NCBI GenBank assembly: GCA_043803105.1
Contig: JAZDKJ010000006.1
Coordinates: forward strand, 384,001 to 448,000
DNA: 64,000 nucleotides
Reading direction: 5' to 3'
Origin: Candidatus Woesearchaeota archaeon
GTDB taxonomy: Archaea; Nanobdellota; Nanobdellia; Woesearchaeales; JAZDKJ01
A program made the translations under genes and the position numbers. This document shows positions 9,932 to 19,309 of the stretch, in pieces (the stretch's first letter is position 1; the number at the start of each line of letters is the position of its first letter). The notes under the pieces were generated by a model. That model ran no database searches, was not told where the DNA came from, and saw only the letters and a list, made by a program, of their open reading frames with translations.

Positions 9932-10048
9932 GGGGCTGTGGGGTAGCTTGGTCTAGCCTATCTGGTTTGGGGCAATGCAAAAAACCAGATGACCCCGGTT
10001 CGAAAGTTTTATAAAAGGCTGATTAACTCGAAAATCCGGGCAGCCCCA
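9932..10048 (+). tRNA. tRNA-Pro(UGG) with two introns (37/38: 9972-9983; 59/60: 10005-10034)
   Basis: Acceptor GGGGCTG/CAGCCCC-A; anticodon stem TCTGG/CCAGA with TGG at 9968-9970; T stem CCCGG/CCGGG; 75 nt after intron removal; BHB-like helices TTTG/CAAA and TTCG/CGAA. Confidence 0.92.
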
Positions 10049-10052
10049 CTCA

Positions 10053-10146
10053 TGTTCGTGGTTGGTCTTCCCAATGGGAAGACGCACCCTTTAGGGTGCC
10101 GATGCAGTCAACAGGCATTTCTGTTGATCCGGGCCGCCCCCACTCA
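10053..10146 (+). repeat. three-hairpin cassette followed by a copy of the tRNA-Pro 3' end
   Basis: Hairpins at 10065-10083, 10084-10099 and 10108-10127; atccgggccgcccccactca (10127-10146) repeats atccgggcagccccactca (10034-10052). Confidence 0.75.
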
Positions 10147-10198
10147 GTTTTGTTGGCTAAAAACATGGGAAAACGCTGCACAAAGGGCAATTCGCAAA

Positions 10199-10507
10199 AT
10201 GGGAGAAAAACAATTCGGTTCAATCAAGAGGTTTGGAGCAAGGTACGGTCGTACTGTCAAACATAACCTCGCAAAGATAGAGGAAGGATTAAGGAATTTC
10301 CAGAAGTGCCCGTACTGTTTTGCAGTCAAGGTCAAGAGAGTATCTTCTGGAGTGTGGCATTGCCGCAAGTGCGATGCCAAGTTTACAGGCAAGGCATATA
10401 TTGTTTCAGGCAAGCTAAAACCTATTGTCCTTGCAAAACCTATCGAGGAAGTTGATGAGGAGATGTCTTTAGGGAAAAAGAAGGAAAAGGTTTCTGAGGA
10501 AGAATGA
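10199..10507 (+). CDS. rpl37ae: 50S ribosomal protein L37ae
   Basis: RFGARYG, CPYC...VKRVSSGVWHCRKC..KFTGKAY; start trimmed to MGEKQF. Confidence 0.95.
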   Translation: MGEKQFGSIKRFGARYGRTVKHNLAKIEEGLRNFQKCPYCFAVKVKRVSSGVWHCRKCDAKFTGKAYIVSGKLKPIVLAKPIEEVDEEMSLGKKKEKVSEEE

Positions 10508-10641
10508 CAAAATACAAGTGTTTTAATTGCAATAAAAGGGTGAGCGAGGAGTATGTAGGCAAAAGGGTTAGATGCCCTTATTGCGGAAGCAAGATGCTGT
10601 TTAAGCCTCGCAGCGTGCTGACCAAGGTCAAAGCCCGATAA
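10504..10641 (+). CDS. rpoP: RNA polymerase subunit P (Rpo12)
   Basis: Manual translation MTKYKCFNC...VRCPYCGSKMLFKPR...VKAR*; conserved position after L37ae. Confidence 0.92.
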   Translation: MTKYKCFNCNKRVSEEYVGKRVRCPYCGSKMLFKPRSVLTKVKAR

Positions 10642-10988
10642 TGAAAATTGACAAGGATGTTGAGCAGAAGATTAAGCGCCTTCAGCTCTATGAACAAAAC
10701 ATGCAGGCGCTTGCTTCACAAAAGCAGCAGTTCCAAAACCAGCTTGTTGAGATTGAATCAGCATTGGCTGAGCTGGAAACCGCAGAAGTCTCGTACAAAA
10801 TCATAGCAAATATCATGGTGAAGTCAGAGAAGCCCGCATTGAAGGCTGAGCTGGAGCAGAAAAAGGAGATGCTCGAGCTTCACATCAAGACCCTGGACAA
10901 ACAAGAGTCCAGCATTCGCGACAAGTCAAAGCAGATTCAGCAGGAAGTTCTAGGCACGATCAAAAATGAAGAAGACAAACCCAAGTGA
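10641..10988 (+). CDS. pfdB: prefoldin beta subunit
   Basis: Coiled coil flanking SYKIIANIMVKS; conserved gene context. Confidence 0.9.
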   Translation: MKIDKDVEQKIKRLQLYEQNMQALASQKQQFQNQLVEIESALAELETAEVSYKIIANIMVKSEKPALKAELEQKKEMLELHIKTLDKQESSIRDKSKQIQQEVLGTIKNEEDKPK

Positions 10989-11220
10989 TCTGGAGCTCAT
11001 TTTCTTAGCACTCCAAGAGTTGATTGATGATACAACTGTTCCCAGGAACGTTAAGTCAAAGGTTGAGGCAGTGCAAAAGATTTTGAAGGAAGAATGCGGG
11101 CTGTCCACCCGAGTAAACAAGGCCTTGAACGAGCTGGAGGAGATTGCTAACGACACGAACATGCAGGCTTACACAAGAACCCAGCTCTGGAATGTTGTCA
11201 GCCTTCTTGAAAAGCTTTAG
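10966..11220 (+). CDS. UPF0147 family protein
   Basis: DTTVPRNV, LEEIANDTNM..YTRTQLWNVVSLLE. Confidence 0.9.
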   Translation: MKKTNPSDLELIFLALQELIDDTTVPRNVKSKVEAVQKILKEECGLSTRVNKALNELEEIANDTNMQAYTRTQLWNVVSLLEKL

Positions 11221-11752
11221 ATAATGTAGCGTTCGGAACATAAATCTTATCTCCAGTTTCTGTTTCTATGAGTGTCTCTGTCATTCCTATGTGCTCAAGC
11301 CTTCCGTGCAATCCCTTGAGCCTTAGCCTTTTGCCTTTGGCTGGATATTTCTTCTTGAGTTTAAACCCTGCTACCAGGTTTGGAAAAAAACTTCTTAGTC
11401 CAAGGAATGTTGAGATGATTAAGATTATCAGGAGTGCTGAGGCGCTCAAGAACAATACCGGCCTTGTCAGGCCTAACTGGTTTAATGCTGCTATGATTGC
11501 AATGAAGTAAATGGTTAAGGTGCACAATGTTCCTATGAGAGCATCTGGCGCCACCTTCAGGTGCATTTTCTTCGACAATGTTTTCAGCTCTGCCTCTTTG
11601 AGTATCCTTTGTACAAGCCTTCCCACCACCTTGCCTACTATGATGCCTATAAGTATTATGAGCACAGCAAGGACCATTCGTGCTAAAATGCCCGAGAATA
11701 TTCTTGTGACCCATGGAAACTGGGTTATTGCAAGGAGTTCAGCTTCTGCCAT
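11198..11752 (-). CDS. MscS/CmpX-like membrane protein
   Basis: Transmembrane helices; NLVAGF...GRLEHIGMTETLIET..GDKIYVPNA. Confidence 0.8.
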   Translation of the reverse strand: MAEAELLAITQFPWVTRIFSGILARMVLAVLIILIGIIVGKVVGRLVQRILKEAELKTLSKKMHLKVAPDALIGTLCTLTIYFIAIIAALNQLGLTRPVLFLSASALLIILIISTFLGLRSFFPNLVAGFKLKKKYPAKGKRLRLKGLHGRLEHIGMTETLIETETGDKIYVPNATLSKAFQEG

Positions 11753-11834
11753 GCCTGTTCAAAGCATTTCAAGATTATTTAAAACTTGTGTTGAGACCAA
11801 AACATTTTAATTCTTCGCTGTTAAACTGTGGCTA

Positions 11835-12929
11835 ATGGATGAAATCTCCAGGAATATCCTGCCTCAGAAGATAAAGGAGTTGGAAGACGAGCTCGCCAAG
11901 ACCAAGTACAACAAGCGAACACAGCATGCCATTGGGCTCCTCAAGGCAAAGATTGCCTTATTGAAGGAGAAGCATGAGCAAAAGTCAAAGAAGGGCGGCC
12001 CACTCTATGGCTTTGCTGTAAAGAAGACTGGCGACGCTACCGTAGTTTTTTTCGGCTATCCCTCTGTCGGCAAAAGCACTCTTCTCAATAGGTTGACAAA
12101 CGCAAAGTCAGCTGTTGCAGGTTATGCCTTTACCACAGTATCAGTCATTCCAGGATTGATGGATTACAACAACACCAAGATCCAGCTTCTTGACATCCCG
12201 GGCATTATTGCTGGCGCTGCCACAGGTTCTGGCCGCGGTAGGGAAGTTCTTGCCATTGTCAGGAATGCTGACCTTCTTGTCATTATTGTTGAAGCACTTC
12301 ACACTGAGCAAATCAATATACTAAAGGATGAGTTGTACAGGTCAGGCGTACGGATAAATCAAAAACCTCCTCAAGTGAAGATTACTAATACCATGCAAGG
12401 TGGTATAGTGGTGGATTCTACAATCAAGCTCTCAAAGCTAGGTCGTGATACAATAAGGGATATATTGAGGGAATTCAGGATAATGAACGGACATGTGCTC
12501 ATAAGGGAGGACATCTCTACTGACCAGTTGATTGATGTGCTTACAGCCAATTGCAAATATCTTCCCTGCATCGTTGTGGCAAACAAGAGCGACCTTCTCA
12601 GTCAAAAGCAGCACATCAAGGGTTGCGACCTCATGATTTCTGCAAAGCATGACCCTAGTCTGGAAGAGCTGCGCAAGCTGATTTTTCTAAGACTCGAACT
12701 TATTCGCGTTTTCTGCAAAGAGGCTGGCAAGCCTGCAGATATGCAGGTTCCGCTGATTCTGAAGAAAGGCAGCAATGTTGAGGATGTTTGCCTCAAGCTT
12801 CACAGGGATTTTGTGCCCAGGTTCAAGATTGCCAAGGTCTGGGGGAAGAGCGCTAAGTTCCCTGGCCAGCAGCTTGGTATAAATCATGTTGTGCAAGATA
12901 TGGACATAGTTGAGCTTCATCTGCACTAG
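11835..12929 (+). CDS. DRG family (OBG-class) GTPase with TGS domain
   Basis: GYPSVGKS, YAFTT, DIPGII, NKSD, VWGKSAKFPGQ. Confidence 0.95.
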   Translation: MDEISRNILPQKIKELEDELAKTKYNKRTQHAIGLLKAKIALLKEKHEQKSKKGGPLYGFAVKKTGDATVVFFGYPSVGKSTLLNRLTNAKSAVAGYAFTTVSVIPGLMDYNNTKIQLLDIPGIIAGAATGSGRGREVLAIVRNADLLVIIVEALHTEQINILKDELYRSGVRINQKPPQVKITNTMQGGIVVDSTIKLSKLGRDTIRDILREFRIMNGHVLIREDISTDQLIDVLTANCKYLPCIVVANKSDLLSQKQHIKGCDLMISAKHDPSLEELRKLIFLRLELIRVFCKEAGKPADMQVPLILKKGSNVEDVCLKLHRDFVPRFKIAKVWGKSAKFPGQQLGINHVVQDMDIVELHLH

Positions 12930-12959
12930 CTTTAAATACATCCTGCAAACTGCAAAGAC

Positions 12960-14261
12960 TTGATGAAACCAATAACCATAATTGCATTATTGTGCCTTTT
13001 CCTTGTTGCCTGCTCCGTCCAACAGCCTGTACAATCTCCTACAGCCAAGGACCTTGGAGAAAGGCAAGTTAAGACCACCATTCCTGATAAGCAAACTATT
13101 CCCGAAAAGCAGACCATCGTTGCCCTTCCAAACACAAATTTCTCTCTTAGGCAAATTGAGTCTTTGATTTACTCTCTCTCAGCCGTGGACTATGAGTTCA
13201 GCCAAGACCTTACTGATGAGCCAATCGTTTCAGAACTAAGAAAAAAACAGCAATTCCTCGCAATGTCCGAAAATACAAACAAGTTTTTTGTTGTCCAACA
13301 GCTCAAGCAAGGCAAGCTACAGACACTCTCAGATTTCTATAACTTCGAGAAGAGTCCGGATTGGCAGCTTTGGCGTTATTATATTAATGAGACAAAGTGG
13401 CACTGGGCTTACAAGCCACTCAGCCAGAAAGAACTTGCTAGGTTGCTTCCAGGTTATTCCTATTTGTCTTATACTGCTCCCGACTCTGATTGGATTGATG
13501 TGGATATTTTCGAGCAGCCGGTCATGACAAGCCTTGGCCCGATCCTGGAGTACAGGATGTTCTTGACAAAGTATAACCAGTTTGGTTTTGCCCAGGATGA
13601 GTGGCAGCCTGCAGTGATTTTATATAAGGTTCCGTGCTCAGAATCAACAGTCTTTTACCTGAGGCCAAAAAGAGGCCTTGACTTTGGTTATGCTGTGCAG
13701 CTTAACCAGAAAAAGTCTGATTATCTTCACAACTGGGACAGGGAAATCTTAAAAAAACAGCCATTGATGATAAATTATAGTGAATCAATAATGCGTGCCT
13801 GCGGCTTAAACAGATCATCCTTCACCTCCGCAAATCCATCAACTTATGAGGACCATTTTAGTTTGGTAGTGAACAACAAGGTCTATTTCAAGAAGTTGTT
13901 CAATTTTTCAATGGATGCTAGGGTCTCGCTCAGGGAAAAGCCGCCTTATGATGCTTATCACATTGAAGACCTCAATCTGAGTTTTGTCTATTCAGACAAG
14001 TTCATGAGGATCACCGATTATCATGTGAGCGTGAAGATTTTGATCAATGATTCAGGATGGATTAAGGACTATGCTGAGTACCAGATTGTTGGTGACCCTG
14101 TTCCTTTCGGTAGGCAGGTCCAGAGGAATTTCAGTGTCTTCAAGGACATCACTTTTGGCCCTAACGCAACCATTATACTGATTCCCTATCTTGGCACAGT
14201 GGACACTTTTGAGGCATGGCGCTATTATATTGGTGAGCCTATAGCCAGGAAGATAAGCTGA
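12960..14261 (+). CDS. hypothetical lipoprotein
   Basis: Signal peptide ending LVAC; 433 aa. Confidence 0.7.
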   Translation: MMKPITIIALLCLFLVACSVQQPVQSPTAKDLGERQVKTTIPDKQTIPEKQTIVALPNTNFSLRQIESLIYSLSAVDYEFSQDLTDEPIVSELRKKQQFLAMSENTNKFFVVQQLKQGKLQTLSDFYNFEKSPDWQLWRYYINETKWHWAYKPLSQKELARLLPGYSYLSYTAPDSDWIDVDIFEQPVMTSLGPILEYRMFLTKYNQFGFAQDEWQPAVILYKVPCSESTVFYLRPKRGLDFGYAVQLNQKKSDYLHNWDREILKKQPLMINYSESIMRACGLNRSSFTSANPSTYEDHFSLVVNNKVYFKKLFNFSMDARVSLREKPPYDAYHIEDLNLSFVYSDKFMRITDYHVSVKILINDSGWIKDYAEYQIVGDPVPFGRQVQRNFSVFKDITFGPNATIILIPYLGTVDTFEAWRYYIGEPIARKIS

Positions 14262-14309
14262 CGAAAGCATTAAATACGAACCAAGAAACAAGGTTCAAAG
14301 GTGAGATTT

Positions 14310-14537
14310 ATGGCAAAGAAGAATGAATCAAGCAATGACGAGCAAATCGGTTTTCACAAGGGTGCCCTTTCCACACTCGCAAAGGAGCGTGAGGAGATGG
14401 CAAAGATTCTGTCCATTGTCGAGCAGCTTATGCAGATGCACGTCAAGGCTCTAAAGGAACTTGGTGTTGACCTTGCTGCCCAGGCAAAGGAGTTTGAGGC
14501 AAAGCAGAAATCCAAGAAGATTGATGATATGTTATGA
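14310..14537 (+). CDS. hypothetical protein
   Basis: First gene of an overlapping three-gene run; ATG at 14310. Confidence 0.7.
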   Translation: MAKKNESSNDEQIGFHKGALSTLAKEREEMAKILSIVEQLMQMHVKALKELGVDLAAQAKEFEAKQKSKKIDDML

Positions 14538-14923
14538 AGGTTTCTTTTTCTGCTTTTGGCCATCCCAACATCACTGCAACCCACAAGACCACTTTAGAGA
14601 TAACAAGCGATTCTGAAGTCTCAGCTTCAGGAACGTGCATTATCGGAGTTAGGGCAAAGATTCCTGACCTGAGATGTTTTCTTGACAAGCCCTCGATTAT
14701 CATATTGCTCAAGGTAGCTGGACTGGAGGACAAGATAAGATGTGTGCCGAACCCCTCGTTTCAAAGTGATAAAGAGCTGGTTGTTAGGATGGGAGAATTC
14801 AAGTCACCAAGGACATTTGGGTTAAGGGCTGACAAGGCTTCAAGACACATTGACCGGAGGATTGCGCAATTGCTCAAGGATAGTTCAATGCGCCTTCAAA
14901 TTGAGGTGACTGATGAGGCGTAA
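14534..14923 (+). CDS. DUF371 family protein
   Basis: GHPNITATHKTTLEIT...GTCIIGVRA...RT..LRADKAS. Confidence 0.9.
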   Translation: MKVSFSAFGHPNITATHKTTLEITSDSEVSASGTCIIGVRAKIPDLRCFLDKPSIIILLKVAGLEDKIRCVPNPSFQSDKELVVRMGEFKSPRTFGLRADKASRHIDRRIAQLLKDSSMRLQIEVTDEA

Positions 14924-15371
14924 GCAGCTCAGTAAGGCAGAGATAAAGGAGTTCGCAGATAAGCTCTGTGCCCTATACCCTGGTTATCAGCTTTCAAAAA
15001 AAGACCAGGTCGAGTTGGTTGACGAGAAGATCATTCTTATCAACAGGCAATCCTCTTTCTTCCTGCGTGAAGGCGTTCCTGTTCCAACTCTCAGGCTGCT
15101 TTTGAAGAATCAATTTCTTAAGACCTTAGTGGTTGATATGGGCGCTGTTGGGTTTGTTGCCGAAGGCGCTGATGTGATGCGGCCAGGAATAGTTGGTTTC
15201 GACAATGACATAACTGAAGGCGAGTTTGTTGCAGTCGTTGACTTGCAGAACCGAAAACCGCTTGCTGTTTGCCAGGCTGTTATGTCCTCAGAACAATTGA
15301 AGTCGACCGGCTCGGGCAAGTCGTGCAAGAACCTGCATCATGTAGGGGATGAGATCTGGTCCGTTACTTGA
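14913..15371 (+). CDS. PUA-domain RNA-binding protein (Tma20/MCT-1-like)
   Basis: PTLRLL, VVDMGAV..VAEGADVMRPGI, HHVGDEIW. Confidence 0.92.
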   Translation: MRRKQLSKAEIKEFADKLCALYPGYQLSKKDQVELVDEKIILINRQSSFFLREGVPVPTLRLLLKNQFLKTLVVDMGAVGFVAEGADVMRPGIVGFDNDITEGEFVAVVDLQNRKPLAVCQAVMSSEQLKSTGSGKSCKNLHHVGDEIWSVT

Positions 15372-15807
15372 TGCGTCTTGTCTTTGGCACATAGTTCAAT
15401 ATCCTTCCCTGTCTTGCGCTTCCGCAGCCAAGATAATGTTCCTTATGTTTCACGATCACAAATCCGTCCTGGCATTCCTTTTCTAAGTCAAAGCCTTTCA
15501 GCCAGCTCATTTCTTCCTGTTCATTCACTTCAACAATATTTTTTGTTGCGCCTGGGCCTATGATTTGGCTTCCTTCCATTGACAGCCTAAGCCTTTCGTG
15601 TGTTATCTCTCCGAAATAAAGCCCTACAGAATTGATTCGTAGCGCCTTTAGCTCTATCAACCCAAAATCCCGAGTGGTTAGGAAAATCCTTGACTTGTTG
15701 TTCATCAGGAATACGTACTCAAGTTTTGCCTTGAATCCCCATTGGTCTTCAAGGAGCACAGCTATCTTCTTTATTTCATGGGTGTTTAATATACTAAGGT
15801 TGTCCAT
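15364..15807 (-). CDS. PUA-like protein (RsmF/YebU C-terminal or NIP7-like)
   Basis: SVGLYFGE..RLRLSMEGSQ..., LGCG....ILNYVPKTRRI. Confidence 0.8.
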   Translation of the reverse strand: MDNLSILNTHEIKKIAVLLEDQWGFKAKLEYVFLMNNKSRIFLTTRDFGLIELKALRINSVGLYFGEITHERLRLSMEGSQIIGPGATKNIVEVNEQEEMSWLKGFDLEKECQDGFVIVKHKEHYLGCGSARQGRILNYVPKTRRIK

Positions 15808-15811
15808 AATT

Positions 15812-16012
15812 CTATGAGTTTAGCATTCCATCCATTGTGTCATGTACAACTTCCTTGAAAGTCCTGTACTCGTTAGGGTCTATAGCCTTCTGATAGAGCG
15901 CTTCAAGCACAGCACAACCCACAGACATCCCATATTTAATGCTACCTGCTTCAGGAAGCGCTGCCAGCACAGCCACTGAGTTCACTATTGCTGCTTCAAG
16001 GTTTACATCCAT
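15812..16012 (-). CDS. hypothetical protein
   Basis: 66-aa ORF filling the gap; TATA-like TTTAAATA upstream. Confidence 0.5.
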   Translation of the reverse strand: MDVNLEAAIVNSVAVLAALPEAGSIKYGMSVGCAVLEALYQKAIDPNEYRTFKEVVHDTMDGMLNS

Positions 16013-16098
16013 ACAAACCTTTCTCTCAGTGTGATATTTAAATATTTAGTTTCATTCAAACATAAAAGCTTAAATATCCATTTTAACAGTATATCCTT

Positions 16099-16716
16099 AT
16101 GAAGAAGCTGGTTGCCTTTGCCTTTCTCCTTGTCCTTTTGGCCTGCGTTGTGAAAGCTGCAGGAATCTCAGTCACTTATGCCTATATCGAGCTGAACGTG
16201 ACTAATGAGCCTCCGAGCATTGTCTCTCTATCTGTTGGAGACCCTGTGGTGTACGAGGACTCGGAAATTGTCTGCAACGCCACGGCTTTAGACAGGGAAA
16301 ATAATGATATCAATTATCATTATTCTTGGTCTATAAACAATCAGCCTGTTGCAGAAACCGGCCGCGTGTTTCATACCGGAGCGTTAAAGCCAGGCGATTC
16401 TGTGAGTTGCATTGCTGTTCCTTTTGACATGTTTGCAAACGGCACTTCTGCTGTTGCCTCAACAACAATCCAAGACATGCCTGTCGCAGTGAGGGCAGTT
16501 AAGCAAGGTCTCTCCCTTGTTGGAGTTGACGCAAAAGCACAAGCAATCTCTGGAGCTACACAAAGAGGCCTGCTCGCCACAACCGGTTTTGTTGCTGGAC
16601 AGGTTTCTTCAAGCACTGCCGGCTCTGTTGGTTTGCTCCTTGCCATTGTTGCTTTTCTTGTTTTCCTGAACCTTAACCTTGCCCTAAGGTTGAAAAAGAA
16701 GCTTTCTCGGGGTTAG
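16099..16716 (+). CDS. secreted membrane-anchored protein with Ig-like domain
   Basis: Signal peptide; NEPPSI...C...D.END.I.Y.Y.W..N...GD.V.C...PFD; C-terminal TM. Confidence 0.75.
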   Translation: MKKLVAFAFLLVLLACVVKAAGISVTYAYIELNVTNEPPSIVSLSVGDPVVYEDSEIVCNATALDRENNDINYHYSWSINNQPVAETGRVFHTGALKPGDSVSCIAVPFDMFANGTSAVASTTIQDMPVAVRAVKQGLSLVGVDAKAQAISGATQRGLLATTGFVAGQVSSSTAGSVGLLLAIVAFLVFLNLNLALRLKKKLSRG

Positions 16717-16747
16717 CTTTATAACAACAAGCGCACTGCCAAGATTC

Positions 16748-17095
16748 ATGGGTATCGATAATATTGCAAACGAGATTATGAAATCACACTTTACAGTTAT
16801 TGACCTTGGCAAGGAAACTGATATCTCAAAACTCTGGGAAACACTTCTTATCATAGCTGCTTCTAAAAAACCTGTTTATATCCTCAAAGAAGCAGGCTTT
16901 GAAGGAGCAATTCCAGGCGGCTTGCTTATCAAGCGCATGATTACCTATGAGGGTCCCGAAGACTCGGCATCACATAAAGAAGCTAGCAGGCAGCTCGAGT
17001 CATGGGCAAGGATAGAGACCAATGCAGAACCTATCAGGGAATTGTTTGACCATTTCCCTGCATGCCTGTTGCACAAAAAGCTTATATACCATTAG
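16748..17095 (+). CDS. hypothetical protein
   Basis: 115-aa ORF with upstream TTTATAA. Confidence 0.6.
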   Translation: MGIDNIANEIMKSHFTVIDLGKETDISKLWETLLIIAASKKPVYILKEAGFEGAIPGGLLIKRMITYEGPEDSASHKEASRQLESWARIETNAEPIRELFDHFPACLLHKKLIYH

Positions 17096-17110
17096 GCTTT
17101 TTGTTCTGCC

Positions 17111-17422
17111 ATGGCGATTTCTTACAAGCAAAGATGCATGCGGTGCAAAAAGAATATGGTCATGGTGACTTCAAGGACTTTTTTCCCAGTCTGTTACGAT
17201 TGTGAAAAGAATGATTTGCATGGTCTGGTCAAGAACCCTAAGATGAAAAAGCTCTTTAATATTCCAGAATCCTTCTATGTAGAGAATACTTTCCTGCGCT
17301 CAATAAAGATCAATTACCTGAAGTTTGGCAGCCTCTCAGAAAAGCAGATTGCAAGCTTCAAGAAGACTGTGGAAGAGTTAAAGAAAAAACCCGTAAGCCT
17401 CATACCCCCCAGACAGGGTTAG
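17111..17422 (+). CDS. hypothetical zinc-binding protein
   Basis: CMRC...CYDC. Confidence 0.7.
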   Translation: MAISYKQRCMRCKKNMVMVTSRTFFPVCYDCEKNDLHGLVKNPKMKKLFNIPESFYVENTFLRSIKINYLKFGSLSEKQIASFKKTVEELKKKPVSLIPPRQG

Positions 17423-19163
17423 ATTTTCTCATTATTATGGCTATCTCTTTCAAGACCTCAGTCTCTTCACGGCCAAGAAGCTTCCTGTACTCCTTTAGTT
17501 TTCGGAAATCATCCTCAGGCACCGAGCTGTAAAGTGTGTCTCCTTCTTTTATCTGTCTTCCAACAGTGAGGTGCTCAAGGCTCACCGCAACCTGCTTTCC
17601 CCGCTCAGCTTTCTCAAGGTTTTCCTGCTCTGCTTGTATGCTTTTTATCCTGCTAATCTCCTTGCCTTGCGCGTTCATTACAGGCATTCCTGTTCTTATT
17701 GTCCCTGCCTCCACCTCTACTCCTACTACTGCAGGATTGTTTTGCCTGAAAACATAGCCTTTCATGAGTTTGAATTTTGCCGGCCTGACCACCTTGTCCA
17801 GTTCTCCCAGCTCTTGTTTCTTTGACATCTCCTGTTTCCATGCCTCAAGGTCTTCCAGCAGTTTATAGATTATGTCGTGGACTATCACCTTCACATGGTC
17901 CAGGCACAACCCTGATTCGTCCTTGACATTGAACCCGAGCACCACTGCCATCAGCGGATCTTTTTCATAGTTGCTTTCCGCTTCCATAAGGTCTTTTCTC
18001 GTTATCGGCCCAACCCCTGCCTTTCTTATCTCGACTCCGCCGTCCTTCAGGAGCTTGACCATAGCCTCCATGCTGCCAAGCGTGTCTGCCTTTACTATTA
18101 TTCCTTCCTTGTTTGTTTCAATTAGTGCCTCGCTTATCTCGCGCATTATTTCTCTGCTGGTTTTCTCCAGGTTCTGCTGGCTTGTTGCCCTGATTGGCAT
18201 TCCTGCTATCGCTGTCTCAATGTCCGGTGCAGCAATCTTTACCCCTGTCGCTGCAACTGCTTTTCTGACCTTTGTGTATTTTGCCTTTTTGTCTCGCATC
18301 TCTTCAAGTGGCAATGGTTCAAGAAGAGCCTTAACTTTTGTTATGATGGGTTTCTCTATGCCCCCAATTACTATGATATCATTTACCTTGAGGATCCCAT
18401 CGTATATGATCACATCGATTGTTGTACCAAAACCACGTTCCTCCTTCACCTCGAGGATTGTTCCCTTGGCTGGTCCGCTTGCATCAATTTTTAGGTTGGT
18501 TTCAAGGTATCTTTGAGCTAGGCCTGTTAGCATTACGAGGAGTTCTGGTATGCCCTCTCCTGTTTTTGCAGATACTGGGACGATGATTATTTGTTTTGTA
18601 AAGTCCTCTACTCTGTCATATCTTTCAGAATTAAGGCCGAGCTTGCTTAATTCTCCCAGTATCTGATAGACTCTCTTGTCAAGCTGCTCTTGCACTGAAC
18701 TGCTCTGCTTGCTTATGTTCTCCAGCAAATGCTCTGCCTTATGCTGCCAGCCTGCAATTAAGTCTATCTTGTTCGCAGCGACAATAAATGGTGTCTTGCT
18801 ATGCTTGAGTATCTCTATTGCCTCGACTGTCTGTGGCTTGAATCCCTCGTTGACATCGATAACCACAATTGCGATGTCAGCTAGGCTGCCTCCTCTCTTT
18901 CTTAGGCTTGTGAATGCAGCATGCCCTGGAGTGTCAATGAAAAGAAGGCCTGGTATCGTGAATTTTGTGTTGAGCGCTTCCAGCAATGGGCCGCATATCT
19001 TCTTTATGACTTCAAGCGGTATTATTGAAGCGCCTATTGCCTGTGTTATCCTTCCCGCTTCTGTCTCAACTATGGCAGTGCCCCTGATCTTGTCTAGCAG
19101 GCTTGATTTTCCATGGTCCACATGCCCAAGCACTGTGCATATTGGGCTTCTTATCTCTGGCAT
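17400..19163 (-). CDS. infB: translation initiation factor aIF5B (IF-2)
   Basis: GHVDHGKSS, ITQAIGA, DTPGHAAF, NKID, KADTLGS. Confidence 0.97.
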   Translation of the reverse strand: MPEIRSPICTVLGHVDHGKSSLLDKIRGTAIVETEAGRITQAIGASIIPLEVIKKICGPLLEALNTKFTIPGLLFIDTPGHAAFTSLRKRGGSLADIAIVVIDVNEGFKPQTVEAIEILKHSKTPFIVAANKIDLIAGWQHKAEHLLENISKQSSSVQEQLDKRVYQILGELSKLGLNSERYDRVEDFTKQIIIVPVSAKTGEGIPELLVMLTGLAQRYLETNLKIDASGPAKGTILEVKEERGFGTTIDVIIYDGILKVNDIIVIGGIEKPIITKVKALLEPLPLEEMRDKKAKYTKVRKAVAATGVKIAAPDIETAIAGMPIRATSQQNLEKTSREIMREISEALIETNKEGIIVKADTLGSMEAMVKLLKDGGVEIRKAGVGPITRKDLMEAESNYEKDPLMAVVLGFNVKDESGLCLDHVKVIVHDIIYKLLEDLEAWKQEMSKKQELGELDKVVRPAKFKLMKGYVFRQNNPAVVGVEVEAGTIRTGMPVMNAQGKEISRIKSIQAEQENLEKAERGKQVAVSLEHLTVGRQIKEGDTLYSSVPEDDFRKLKEYRKLLGREETEVLKEIAIIMRKSNPVWGV

Positions 19164-19309
19164 ATTCTCTGCATATTTTGGGCTGTATTTAAAGGTTTTC
19201 AGGATACAAGGAAAGTTAGGATTTCATGTCCTTTTGTAATTTCTTCAGAAGGCAATCCACACCTTGTAATATATTATCTTCTTGAGGTTTTCAATATCGA
19301 TAAATTTTG

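Noticed and set aside
9989-10198. N-terminal extension of L37ae suggested by the ORF track
   Set aside because: It runs through the tRNA-Pro gene and hairpin cassette; L37ae similarity starts at the ATG at 10199.
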